Part shown: positions 29,482-37,964 of the stretch, in pieces
How positions within the stretch are numbered: the stretch's first letter is position 1
Layout of the letters: the number at the start of each line of letters is the position of its first letter
Assembly: GCA_963842945.1 (NCBI GenBank)
Contig: CAWJIM010000020.1
Location: 32,001 to 96,000, forward strand
DNA: 64,000 bases
Source of the DNA: an uncultured Gemmatimonadales bacterium
GTDB taxonomy: Bacteria; Gemmatimonadota; Gemmatimonadetes; Gemmatimonadales; GWC2-71-9
Reading direction: 5' to 3'
Made by a program: the position numbers and the translations under genes
Notes under the pieces: generated by a model
Told to the model about the DNA's origin: nothing
The model's database searches: none
What the model saw: only the letters and a program-made list of their open reading frames with translations

Positions 29482-31202
29482 ACCGTTCTTCCCTCCAGCA
29501 GTGTCCGTTCCACCCTGACTCTGTGAATCTCTGCGACCGGCGTCTCGAACAGGTTCCGATCCAGCACGATCAGGTCGGCGAGCTTGCCGGCCTCGATCGT
29601 GCCGGTTTCCCGCTCCAGATGGTTTTGATATGCCGGATTGATGGTGTACATCGCAATCATCGTCGCGAGGTCCACTCGTTCCTCCGGATTCCAGGGCCGG
29701 AGTTTCGGCTGATCCGGCTGCTGGTGGGTGATTCCCACCTCGATCGCGTCCAGCGGATTGAGCGACGATACCGACCAGTCGCTCCCGCCGGACACGACCG
29801 CTCCGGTGCGCACCACGCTTGCGATCGGATAGAGCCAGCGCGACCGTTTGGGTCCCAGCGCCGGCTCGGTGAGCTTTGTCAGATACTCGTCCCCGTTTGC
29901 CCACAGCGCCTGGAAGTTCGCAATAACGCCGAGATCCCGGAAACGGGGAATGTCAGCCGGATCGATCAGCTCGAGGTGGGTGATGGTATGTCGGGCATCG
30001 TGGGCGCCGTTCCGGCTCCGGGCATAGGCGAAGGCATCGAGGGTCATCCGGATGGCGCGATCGCCGATGGCGTGGACGTGGATCTGAAATCCACTGCGGT
30101 CAAGCGCCACGGCCAGATCCTTGAGTGGGACCGGATCGTAGATCGGCTGGCCCGAGTCGCCCTTCCGATCGAGGTAGGGATGAAGCAGCGCCGCGGTCCG
30201 GGACTCGATGACCCCATCGGCGAAGAGCTTCACCGCCGTGGGCCGGACGCGCGGCGTGGTATACCGGCTTCGGAGGTCTCTCAGCTGCGGCAGCAGGCTG
30301 TCGGGCAGCGGGTCTTTCAGGTGTATCGCCGCGACCACCCGGAGCGTGAGCGCTCTCTTGCGGTCCGCCTCGGCGTAGGTCCGCAGGCCAGCCTCATCGG
30401 TCGAGGCGCTGAACACGGTGGTGATGCCGAACCGATTGGCCAGGCGCTGGGCCCGCTCCAATCCCGCGGCGAGTTCGGCGGCGGTGCGCTCGGGCAGGGC
30501 CTTCGCCACGAGATTCACTGCGTCTTCCCGAAGGGTACCACTGGGCTCACCCGTTTTCGGGTCTCGCTCGATCCGGCCGTGAGCGGGGTCAGGCGTCTGT
30601 CGCGTAACCTTCGCCAGTGCGAGGGCCCTCGAGTTAACCCACGCTGAATGGCCATCGGCGGCGTAGATGAGAGCCGGACGGTCGGGCACCGCCTGGTCGA
30701 GTAGCGCGGCTGCCGGGTTGGCGCGCTCGAACACCGGCAGTTGCCACCCGCCGCCGCGTACCCAGGCGGCCTCGGGGTGAGCGCGGGCACAGGCGCGGAT
30801 GCTGTCTACGATTGCCGAGGGAGTGGTGAGATCGTACAACGTGCAGTCGCCTAGCTCCACGCCTGCGTCGATCGGATGGACATGCCCGTCCTGAAAACCG
30901 GGCAGAACCATCTTGCCGCCTAGGTCGACGACTTCGGTTTCGGGACCGATGAGGCCAGACGGCAAACTGTCGCTTCCGACGTACACGATGCGTCCATCAC
31001 GGATACCCACCGCGGAGGCCCAACTGCGAGCGGCGTCCACCGTGTAGACCGCGGCCCCCCGAAAGACGAGATCTGCGGGCAGCACGGTTGGAGACTTGGG
31101 TCCCGTCTCCGCGCAGGCCACCAGCCCCAGAAGGCCAATCAAGCTCCGCAAGCGCACCACAGAGGCACAAAGGACATGCCTCCCGGCTGGCCGTCTGTCC
31201 AC
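29472..31202 (-). CDS. Amidohydrolase family 3 (YtcJ-like) lipoprotein
   Basis: LPGFQDGHVH, DGHSAWVNS, KLFADG, HVHAIGD, HLELI, GSDWSV, GKLADLIVL. Confidence 0.9.
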   Translation of the reverse strand: MDRRPAGRHVLCASVVRLRSLIGLLGLVACAETGPKSPTVLPADLVFRGAAVYTVDAARSWASAVGIRDGRIVYVGSDSLPSGLIGPETEVVDLGGKMVLPGFQDGHVHPIDAGVELGDCTLYDLTTPSAIVDSIRACARAHPEAAWVRGGGWQLPVFERANPAAALLDQAVPDRPALIYAADGHSAWVNSRALALAKVTRQTPDPAHGRIERDPKTGEPSGTLREDAVNLVAKALPERTAAELAAGLERAQRLANRFGITTVFSASTDEAGLRTYAEADRKRALTLRVVAAIHLKDPLPDSLLPQLRDLRSRYTTPRVRPTAVKLFADGVIESRTAALLHPYLDRKGDSGQPIYDPVPLKDLAVALDRSGFQIHVHAIGDRAIRMTLDAFAYARSRNGAHDARHTITHLELIDPADIPRFRDLGVIANFQALWANGDEYLTKLTEPALGPKRSRWLYPIASVVRTGAVVSGGSDWSVSSLNPLDAIEVGITHQQPDQPKLRPWNPEERVDLATMIAMYTINPAYQNHLERETGTIEAGKLADLIVLDRNLFETPVAEIHRVRVERTLLEGRTVWP

Positions 31203-31203
31203 C

Positions 31204-31980
31204 TTAGATCGGGCCGCTCAGCACGATTGGCGACGTCGGCTGGGCGGAGCCGGATGGCGGTTCGACCGTGATCGCAGCCGCGCTGATCTTGCCCCCTGAG
31301 GGGACCTTCACGCCGCTCACTGTCGCCGAGCCGTTCTTCGGGGTGAACGTCACCGAGGGGACGGGCTTTCCATCCCGGATGAACCAGAGCTGATACGCCC
31401 GTCCCGGCGGCACCGGCTTGAGACGATAGGCATTTATCAGCGCCTGGTTGCGGCGTTGATTCCAGAAGAGCTGGATGCCCGGCTCCGGATCGCCGCTGGC
31501 GGTGAGCTGATAGACCCGTACTCCCGGATCCAGCACCGTTTCCAGCAACGCTTGACGCTCGGCCAGCTGTTGCTGCTGGACAGCGAGAGTGCTGTCGCGC
31601 TGAGCCAGAGCGACGTCGCGCTCCCGAAGGTCACGCCGCAACGAGAAGATCCCCGCACCCAATGCAATCACCGCCGCAATCCCCGCGGCCAACGCGGCCC
31701 AGGTGGCCGGCGGGGGCTTTCTCCGCGACAGTGAGGTTACGCCCGCGCTCGAGGCCCTCGAGGTGGCGAGCACGCGAGCCCGAAGGTCGGGTGCAGGCCC
31801 GCTACCGCTCTCTCCCAGGCCCAGCAATGCTGCCACTTCGCGATACTCGGCGACGTCGCGCTGGAGCTCCGCCGAGCCGGCCAGCAGCCGTTCGAACTCG
31901 CGTACCTCGTCTGGCCCCAGCGCACCAAGCGCGTAGGCGCCGGCGAGATCCCGCACCGATTCCTGCTCGGGGTGGCTCAT
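31204..31980 (-). CDS. Anti-sigma factor, RskA family
   Basis: DLAGAYALGAL, TM segment, YQLWFI, AAITVEP.SGS.QPT; start overlaps the sigma factor stop. Confidence 0.88.
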   Translation of the reverse strand: MSHPEQESVRDLAGAYALGALGPDEVREFERLLAGSAELQRDVAEYREVAALLGLGESGSGPAPDLRARVLATSRASSAGVTSLSRRKPPPATWAALAAGIAAVIALGAGIFSLRRDLRERDVALAQRDSTLAVQQQQLAERQALLETVLDPGVRVYQLTASGDPEPGIQLFWNQRRNQALINAYRLKPVPPGRAYQLWFIRDGKPVPSVTFTPKNGSATVSGVKVPSGGKISAAAITVEPPSGSAQPTSPIVLSGPI

Positions 31981-32579
31981 GGCCCGCGCTCGAAGAAGAA
32001 AGGACGAAGTGACTCGCGCAGCTTCTGCATGCCGAGTCGTACCCGGGTCTTGATGGTGCCGAGTGGCTCCTGCAGGCGCTGGGCAATCTCCGACTGGGAG
32101 AGCCCCTCGAAGAAGGCCAGCTCGATGGCCTGCCGCTGGGGTGGGGAGAGCGTCTCCAGCGCCGCCTGCACTTGCCGCTTGCGCTCGGTGCTGTCGTAGG
32201 AATCGGCGGGGTCGGTCGGCGAGCTGCCCATGGCGAGCGGGCCGTCGGGGTCCCGGGAGGACGCGGATGTGGTGATCCGGTCTCGCCGGACGCGCGCCCG
32301 CACGATGTCGAGGGCGCGGCTGCGGGCGATCATGGCCAGCCACCCGGCTACCGAGCCGCGAGATGCTTCGAATCGGGACGCGTCACGCCAGGCTTGGGTG
32401 AACGCCTCCACCACCGCATCCTCGGCGTCGGCGCGCTGCCGGGCGACGCGGTAGGCCACGGCGTAGAGCACGTCGCCGTACCGATCGTACAGCGCCGCGA
32501 TCGCCTGCTGATCGCCATCGGCCGCCCGCACGAGGAGATCGCGGTCGACCTGGGATGGGGCCGCTTCGGGTTTAGCCAT
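31977..32579 (-). CDS. ECF sigma-70 factor, SigK-like
   Basis: DAEDAV.EAF..AW, WL.MIARSRALD, LAFFEGLSQSEIA..L..PLGTIKTRVRLG. Confidence 0.9.
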   Translation of the reverse strand: MAKPEAAPSQVDRDLLVRAADGDQQAIAALYDRYGDVLYAVAYRVARQRADAEDAVVEAFTQAWRDASRFEASRGSVAGWLAMIARSRALDIVRARVRRDRITTSASSRDPDGPLAMGSSPTDPADSYDSTERKRQVQAALETLSPPQRQAIELAFFEGLSQSEIAQRLQEPLGTIKTRVRLGMQKLRESLRPFFFERGP

Positions 32580-32688
32580 GTGCCTTGGGTTGGAGGTGCT
32601 TCCCCCAGTTGCCTGAGTCTACGCAGCAACTCGGACGCACCACAAGCAGGGCAGGGTGCTTTGGGGAGGGCCCGGGACTCTCCCGGGT

Positions 32689-33168
32689 TCATGGGAAGGG
32701 TTTCGCGCCCTCGCCCCGGGTGAAGAGGAGCGTGACCGTCCGACGGCCATAGGTGGCGCGCACGATGTTCACCTGGTCGGGGAAACGCTCCCACAGGAGT
32801 GCCACCAGAATGCGGGCACGTTGCAGCCCTCCACTGAGCGTTGCGCGGAGCTGGAGCAGCACGGTGTCGCCATTCCGCTCCGCTCCCGCCCAACGGAGCG
32901 GCAGTGGACGGCCCGCCTGATCGGTCAGTGCGAGCGTTCCCCGAGCATAGCGGGAGAGAAGGGAATCAGCCGCTGGGGAATCGGTGAGATTGGGAACTGC
33001 CAGCGCCAGATCGTCAGTGAACGCCCGAACCCGAATGAGAACCTCCGGACTGTTCGGCTGGTAGCTGATCTCGGCGAGAGCGGTATGAAGTGGATGGGCC
33101 ATGACGGGAGGGGGAGGCTCCCAGGACCATAGAAGCGCCAGGGCAAGAAACGGGGACGACGCCGGCAT
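32689..33168 (-). CDS. DUF6702-like secreted protein
   Basis: Signal peptide followed by AHPLHTALAEI, IRVRAFTDDL, ERFPDQVNIV. Confidence 0.7.
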   Translation of the reverse strand: MPASSPFLALALLWSWEPPPPVMAHPLHTALAEISYQPNSPEVLIRVRAFTDDLALAVPNLTDSPAADSLLSRYARGTLALTDQAGRPLPLRWAGAERNGDTVLLQLRATLSGGLQRARILVALLWERFPDQVNIVRATYGRRTVTLLFTRGEGAKPFP

Positions 33169-33770
33169 CTACCAGGGACGTCGCGTTGCTGCCATCTCGG
33201 CGGCGACGGCAACCACGACCAGTGACACTGTGAGTACCCGGAGTCGATACGAGCGGACGCGGTTGATTTGTGAGAGAAGAAGAACGCGATCGAAAGCCGC
33301 GAGGAATACGCCTGCTGCGGCAAGCACCACGAGCTGCCCCAGCTCGATACCCACGTTGAAGCCGAAGAGCGGGATCACGACCGAACCGATGAAGAGCTGC
33401 TGCAGATAGCCGGCAAACCCGGTCCCATGCACCAGCCCGAACACTCCGGCAAAGAGGGGCCGGTAGCGTGAGGTGTGGCCGGCAGGCGTCTCGGCGCGCA
33501 CCACGACGTTCTCGACCCCATGGCCACGATGGTAAGCGGAATGAGAAACTCGGTCAGCCGCTGGGGGATCAGGAACCTCTCCGGTCGCGGCCAGTGCCAG
33601 GGTGATCGAATGGCCCACGGTGAATGCGGAGATCACCCAGAGGCTGTCTCGCCAGTCCCGGCCCTGGTAGATCGCGGCCAGGGCGAGCAGAAACAGGATG
33701 TGGTCGAGCGCATCGGCATTGACGATGTGGCGAAACCGAGATGCACGAAGCTGATGAATTCAGCACACCA
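33169..33770 (-). CDS. HupE/UreJ family membrane protein (frameshifted; start approximate)
   Basis: HI...ALDHILFLLAL, AFTVGHSITLAL, FGLVHGTGFA, LFGFNVGIELGQ. Confidence 0.85.
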
Positions 33771-35068
33771 CTCGGTCCGCTTTGGCAGCAATGAGTCGAG
33801 GACGGCGCGGGCCTGAGCCGGCTGGAACGGATCCCAACAGGGATTCACTTCCAGCGCCCGCATGAGATATTCCGCGCGCCCGGGCTGCTCTCCTTGCGCG
33901 TGGGCGATCATGCCGGCATGGTAGAAGACCATGGCGTCACGGGTGCCCAGGGCCAGCGCTTTTTCGATCGCCCGGCCGGCCCCCGATCGTCACCCGATTT
34001 GTAAAGCGCCCAGGCGAGGAGGTCGTAACCGTAGATGTCCTTCCGAGACTGGATCTCCTCCTGAACTTTGGCTAAAACCCGGGGTACTTCGCGGTCGTGG
34101 TCGAGCAGGAAGAGACTCCAGGCGCGGTGGAACGGGCCCGGCTGCTGCGTGACCACCAGCTCCATCGCACGGTAGTACTGCTGGGCCTTGCTGCTGTCGC
34201 CCATCGACAGGTAGGCGTCGGCCAGCAGGCCGAGGGTCGCGGGATCCAGCGCGCTCGCAATCGCCTGCTCGCCGTACTCGATCGCCGAAGGCCAGCGGTG
34301 CCGGCTCGCCTCCAGCCGGGCCAGAGCTCCCAGAATGCGATAGTCCTCCGGCGCGACGGTGAGACCGTTCCGCAGCTCACGGTCGGCTTCGTCCAGATGC
34401 CCGTTCCGGAGGGCGAGGTCGCCCAGCCTGAGATCGAACCAGGCGAGCTGTTCAGCCGGGACGCCCTGAACTTGGGCTGCCTGGTCTCGTGCTGCGCGGA
34501 GCAGCGTCGCGCCTGCCCGGCATGGCCGTGCAGCTCCTGCCAGCGGGCCAGCCGGGGAGCCACGCTGAGCTTATTCCGATAGGTATTGAGCGAGCCCCAT
34601 CAGCCGGCGCTCCTGGTAGTCGCCCAACTCTACTGGGTTTCTGCGAGCAGCGCCCGGGCCGCGACCGAGGCCGAGTCCTCCGCAACCAATGGCGAGCAAC
34701 GTCGCGGGCCTCATCGAATCGATGCTGAGCCAAGAGGCTCGAGGCCAGCACTCCGAAGGCGTTGGCGTTCCGGCCGGTGCGGAGCGGAGCGAACGACGGG
34801 CATTCTGCTCGGCCCGAACCAGGTCTCCGTTATCAGCGGTCTCCCGCGCTCGCTGCAGATACAGTCCCGCCAGCTGGGCATAGTCGCGGGCACTGCGGGG
34901 GTCACGCCCCACTCGCCGCTGATAGAACTCGATGTCCAGATCGCGAATCCTCGCCTGGCTCGGCACCGGCTGACTCGCCGGGCGAGGGCCCCTGCCAGAC
35001 ACCGGTCGGGACACACCACTAACCGCCAAAGCGGTGACGGCGACGACGGCCCACCAGGTTCTCTGCAC
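33770..35068 (-). CDS. Tetratricopeptide-repeat secreted protein (many frameshifts; end approximate)
   Basis: LAGLYLQRARETAD..DL.RAE, AQHRFDEA, RKDIYGYDLLAWALY, FYHAGMI..ALEVNP across several frames. Confidence 0.75.
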
Positions 35069-35070
35069 GA

Positions 35071-35662
35071 TCAGTTCGGCGCGGCGAGGTAGGGAAACGT
35101 CGTGGTGACGGCCGGCGAGTCGAAGGCCACGTTGTCGGTGGTCAGCGCCTCCTTGCCCTGAGCGCCGTCCGGGTCGGCGCCGAACGGATCGCCGAACAAC
35201 GCGAGCAAGGCGAGATCGACCACGTCATCCTGCAGCTTGCGGCCGCCCCAGCCGTCGGCGAGAGGCGGCAGTCCCACCCAGTTGAGCCACCCCGCCGTGG
35301 CGGGGTCCTTGTTGGTCTGCACCACAAGCATGTCGGGTAGCAGCACCGAGCCCAGGGTATTGGCATAGTCAGCGGAACGGCCGGCGACGCTGCCGGGACC
35401 GGTCACGAAGGACAGGATCTCGGCCCCGATCAACGTAGCGTCGTCCTGAGGACCGATCGAACCATGGGTCGCGTGGCTTCGCTTGCTCAACAGCACCTCG
35501 CTCACCAGCGGGTTACCCAGCCGCTGCCCCTGGTTGTACATCCGGGGGGTCGAGGGGCTGGTGCTGTTGTCGTCGCTGCATCCAGTCGCGCCGAGGACGG
35601 CCAGCGCCACGCCTGAGCGCGAGTGTCACGCTACGGATGAGCCGGATGGTATTACGCTGCAT
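35071..35662 (-). CDS. DUF4331 family lipoprotein, frameshift near 35615
   Basis: Lipobox ATGC; QRLGNPLVSEVLL, LLPDML, GGRKLQDDVVD, FPYLAAP. Confidence 0.8.
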
Positions 35663-35692
35663 GGTGGATTCCTCGAAGAGGCGCGTGAGTGA

Positions 35693-36436
35693 TCACAGGC
35701 TGATACTGCCCCAGATGCCCAACTTGCCGGGGGCACCGTTCTCGATCATGGAGCTGGGCAGCTCGATCACGATCGAGTTCACGTTGAATCCGTTGACGTA
35801 GTTCACGCCTGGGTTTCGGAAGAAGAACGGCGCCGACGGATTGGGGCTGAGCGCGCACGCACCCGAGAGGTTCCCGCCGACTGGCCGACGATCGGGCAGG
35901 ATGCAAAACGCCGCCTCCAGATCGATGAAGAAGGGATCGTCGCGCGGCCCGGCAAAGACCTGAATGCCGTTTCCGTTGCCTAGAGTCGTATTGAGCGCGC
36001 CGGAGACCGCCGGGGTGACATCGGCCACCTCGTTTTCCATGGGACCCTGCACCGGAGGCGCAACCGGGCCGCGAACTTGCACCTGCTGGCTGGATCCGTC
36101 GCCGGTAAAGGTCACCTGGATGACCTTGTCCTCTTTGGCGTCCCCGTTGTTGTCGATCTTGAACTGGTAAAGGACGTTGGGATCGAACGACGCCTGGGCG
36201 GGATCCTGCGCTTGAGCGGGCGTGAGAAAGGCCCGGGTATCCATGACGAGGACGATCCGGCCCGCGGCGGCACCCGGGAAAGCGTAAACGTCGGTCAGAT
36301 CGCTCTTCGGATTGAGCTCTACGAAGGGGGTATCCTGGTGATCGGAGCCGACGACCAGGGCCGCGGCGCCGGCGCTGGCGAGTGCCGCGAGTCCCGCGGC
36401 AAGACTCCACCGGCGGAAGGACCTTCTCTGGGGCAT
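35693..36436 (-). CDS. DUF4331 family secreted protein
   Basis: SDHQDTP, DLTDVYAFP, YQFKIDNNGD, VFAGPRDDPFFID, NVNSIVIELP. Confidence 0.88.
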   Translation of the reverse strand: MPQRRSFRRWSLAAGLAALASAGAAALVVGSDHQDTPFVELNPKSDLTDVYAFPGAAAGRIVLVMDTRAFLTPAQAQDPAQASFDPNVLYQFKIDNNGDAKEDKVIQVTFTGDGSSQQVQVRGPVAPPVQGPMENEVADVTPAVSGALNTTLGNGNGIQVFAGPRDDPFFIDLEAAFCILPDRRPVGGNLSGACALSPNPSAPFFFRNPGVNYVNGFNVNSIVIELPSSMIENGAPGKLGIWGSISL

Positions 36437-36506
36437 AGCCGTACATCTCCTGATCGCGAGGTGATGGCCAATCGCGACGGAACCGAGTGGTGTCCGTCAG
36501 CAGATG

Positions 36507-36531
36507 TACGCCGGACTCAGGAGATCGGATG
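36507..36531 (-). promoter_or_regulatory. Putative SigK-type ECF promoter CATCC-N16-CGTA
   Basis: Minus strand CATCC (36531-36527), 16-nt spacer, CGTA (36510-36507), about 70 nt upstream of the DUF4331 start. Confidence 0.65.
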
Positions 36532-36586
36532 TATGGGCTGGGCGGCGCGAGCGGGAGTACGCCCGGAGAAAAGCGGGCAGCTGGTT

Positions 36587-37042
36587 TTAGGCTGTTTTCA
36601 CCTCGACGTACTTCTTAAGGCCGTCCAGCATCACGTTCCAGTTCTTTTCCGAGTGAGAGCGGGCCTCCTCGGTGAGATTGTTGTCCTGGGTCAGCGAGAC
36701 CCGGGTGCCATCGCCCTCGGGCGAGAGCTGGATGGTGACCGTGTGATAGTTCGCCGGCGTATCGGGGAGACCGCTCAGCGGACTGAAGTGGGTGTACTGG
36801 AGCGCCCTGCCGGGGTTGAACTGGCGGATCACGCCTTTGTCCTCGTAGTCCCGCCCGTTCCATTCGCCTTTCCAGAAGATGGGGCTCCCTTCCTTCCAGT
36901 CGGACTCTACGGTGGTGCCGAACATGTACTCCTTGATGGCCGACGGAGTGATCAGCGCATTCCAGACCCGTTCGACAGGCGCCGCGATGGCAATCGAACC
37001 CCGGGCAATGAGATTGGCCGTGTTGGTAGGCATCTGACCCAT
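36587..37042 (-). CDS. SRPBCC/AHSA1 family protein
   Basis: I.APVERVWNAL..P..IKEYMFGT.V.SDWKEGS, SEKNW..ML.GLK. Confidence 0.88.
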   Translation of the reverse strand: MGQMPTNTANLIARGSIAIAAPVERVWNALITPSAIKEYMFGTTVESDWKEGSPIFWKGEWNGRDYEDKGVIRQFNPGRALQYTHFSPLSGLPDTPANYHTVTIQLSPEGDGTRVSLTQDNNLTEEARSHSEKNWNVMLDGLKKYVEVKTA

Positions 37043-37047
37043 CCTAG

Positions 37048-37305
37048 TTAGCGGATGACAATAGGCGGAGCTTGGTTCACCCCTTGCCCGGTGGACTCCC
37101 GTCGAGCCATCACCGCTGCGTCTACCCGAACCGCGAGCGCATGCATTCGCTCCCGATGGCGCGGCTCGCAGTCGGCCTCGATCAGAGAGAACCGCCAGCC
37201 CCGCTGCACGAATACGTAGACCAGCTCGGCGACCGCGGTATCCAGCTCCAGGTCACCCTCGAGATAGACCCGAATGATGCTGGCCAGGCGATCTGATTTC
37301 GACAT
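37048..37305 (-). CDS. Hypothetical protein
   Basis: MSKSDRLASIIRVYLEGDL..; fits the minus-strand operon. Confidence 0.55.
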   Translation of the reverse strand: MSKSDRLASIIRVYLEGDLELDTAVAELVYVFVQRGWRFSLIEADCEPRHRERMHALAVRVDAAVMARRESTGQGVNQAPPIVIR

Positions 37306-37316
37306 TCCCAATCTCG

Positions 37317-37564
37317 CTAGCGGGCTCGTTCCCGCTTGAAGTAGAGGTGCACCCGGCGGCCCTCGTTGGCGACGCCGGCCAGCTCCAGCCGTCCGCGCCA
37401 AGTTGGTCGAGCTCCTGCTCGGTGGGCAACGCCTCCGTCTCCAGGCTACGGACGACTTCCTTGTATTCCCACCGCGGCGTCACCGGAACCCAGGGAGGTG
37501 AGATGTGGCCCCCGCGCGCCTCGGCCGGTCTCGGAGGAAAGGGGACTTCTATTCGGGCTGACAT
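37317..37564 (-). CDS. Small hypothetical protein (DUF4177-like), frameshift near 37385
   Basis: RWEYKEV...LDQLGADGWELAGV...LYFKR. Confidence 0.6.
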
Positions 37565-37690
37565 GGCTTCTCCCAAAGTGCCGTTGATATCTTATGTGCG
37601 CTTTAGGAAAGATGCTTTGGGGCCACACCGACGTCGAGGGTGTTCCTGTCTACACTGTGTCTCTGGCTCTTCACATCTCTGTTGGGGCCG

Positions 37691-37880
37691 CTACTTCCCG
37701 CCGATTCGCGGCCAGGCTTACCCCACCACCCGTGACCTCCGCCTTCTTGTAGCCCCTCGTCGCCGGTCCACGGCAACTCCCCGCGTACCAGCACTGCGAT
37801 GAGGCGGACTCGCTCTTGCGGCGAATATGGCCGCCATGGTGCCGGCCGCCCCCGCACCAATCATGGCAACACGGCGGCTC
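37691..37880 (-). pseudogene. Internally deleted relic of a BaiN/HI0933 paralog
   Basis: RRVAMIGAGAAGTMAAIFAA joined to ERVRLIAVLVRGELPWTGDEGYKKAEVTGGGVSLA; both match parts of 28252-29481. Confidence 0.8.
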
Positions 37881-37964
37881 AGGCGATTGCCAGGCTGAGT
37901 CGAGGGGATTCAGAGCGGGTCATGGAACACAGAAACCTACTCCGGCCTGGAATAGGATTTTGTC

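Noticed and set aside
37565..37690. AT-richer intergenic stretch as ncRNA or riboswitch
   Set aside because: No recognisable conserved motif or convincing stem; likely promoter DNA. An Rfam scan would settle it.
37720..37820. BaiN duplicate as a DGR template repeat
   Set aside because: Mismatches to 28405-28510 are mostly third-position and not adenine-specific.
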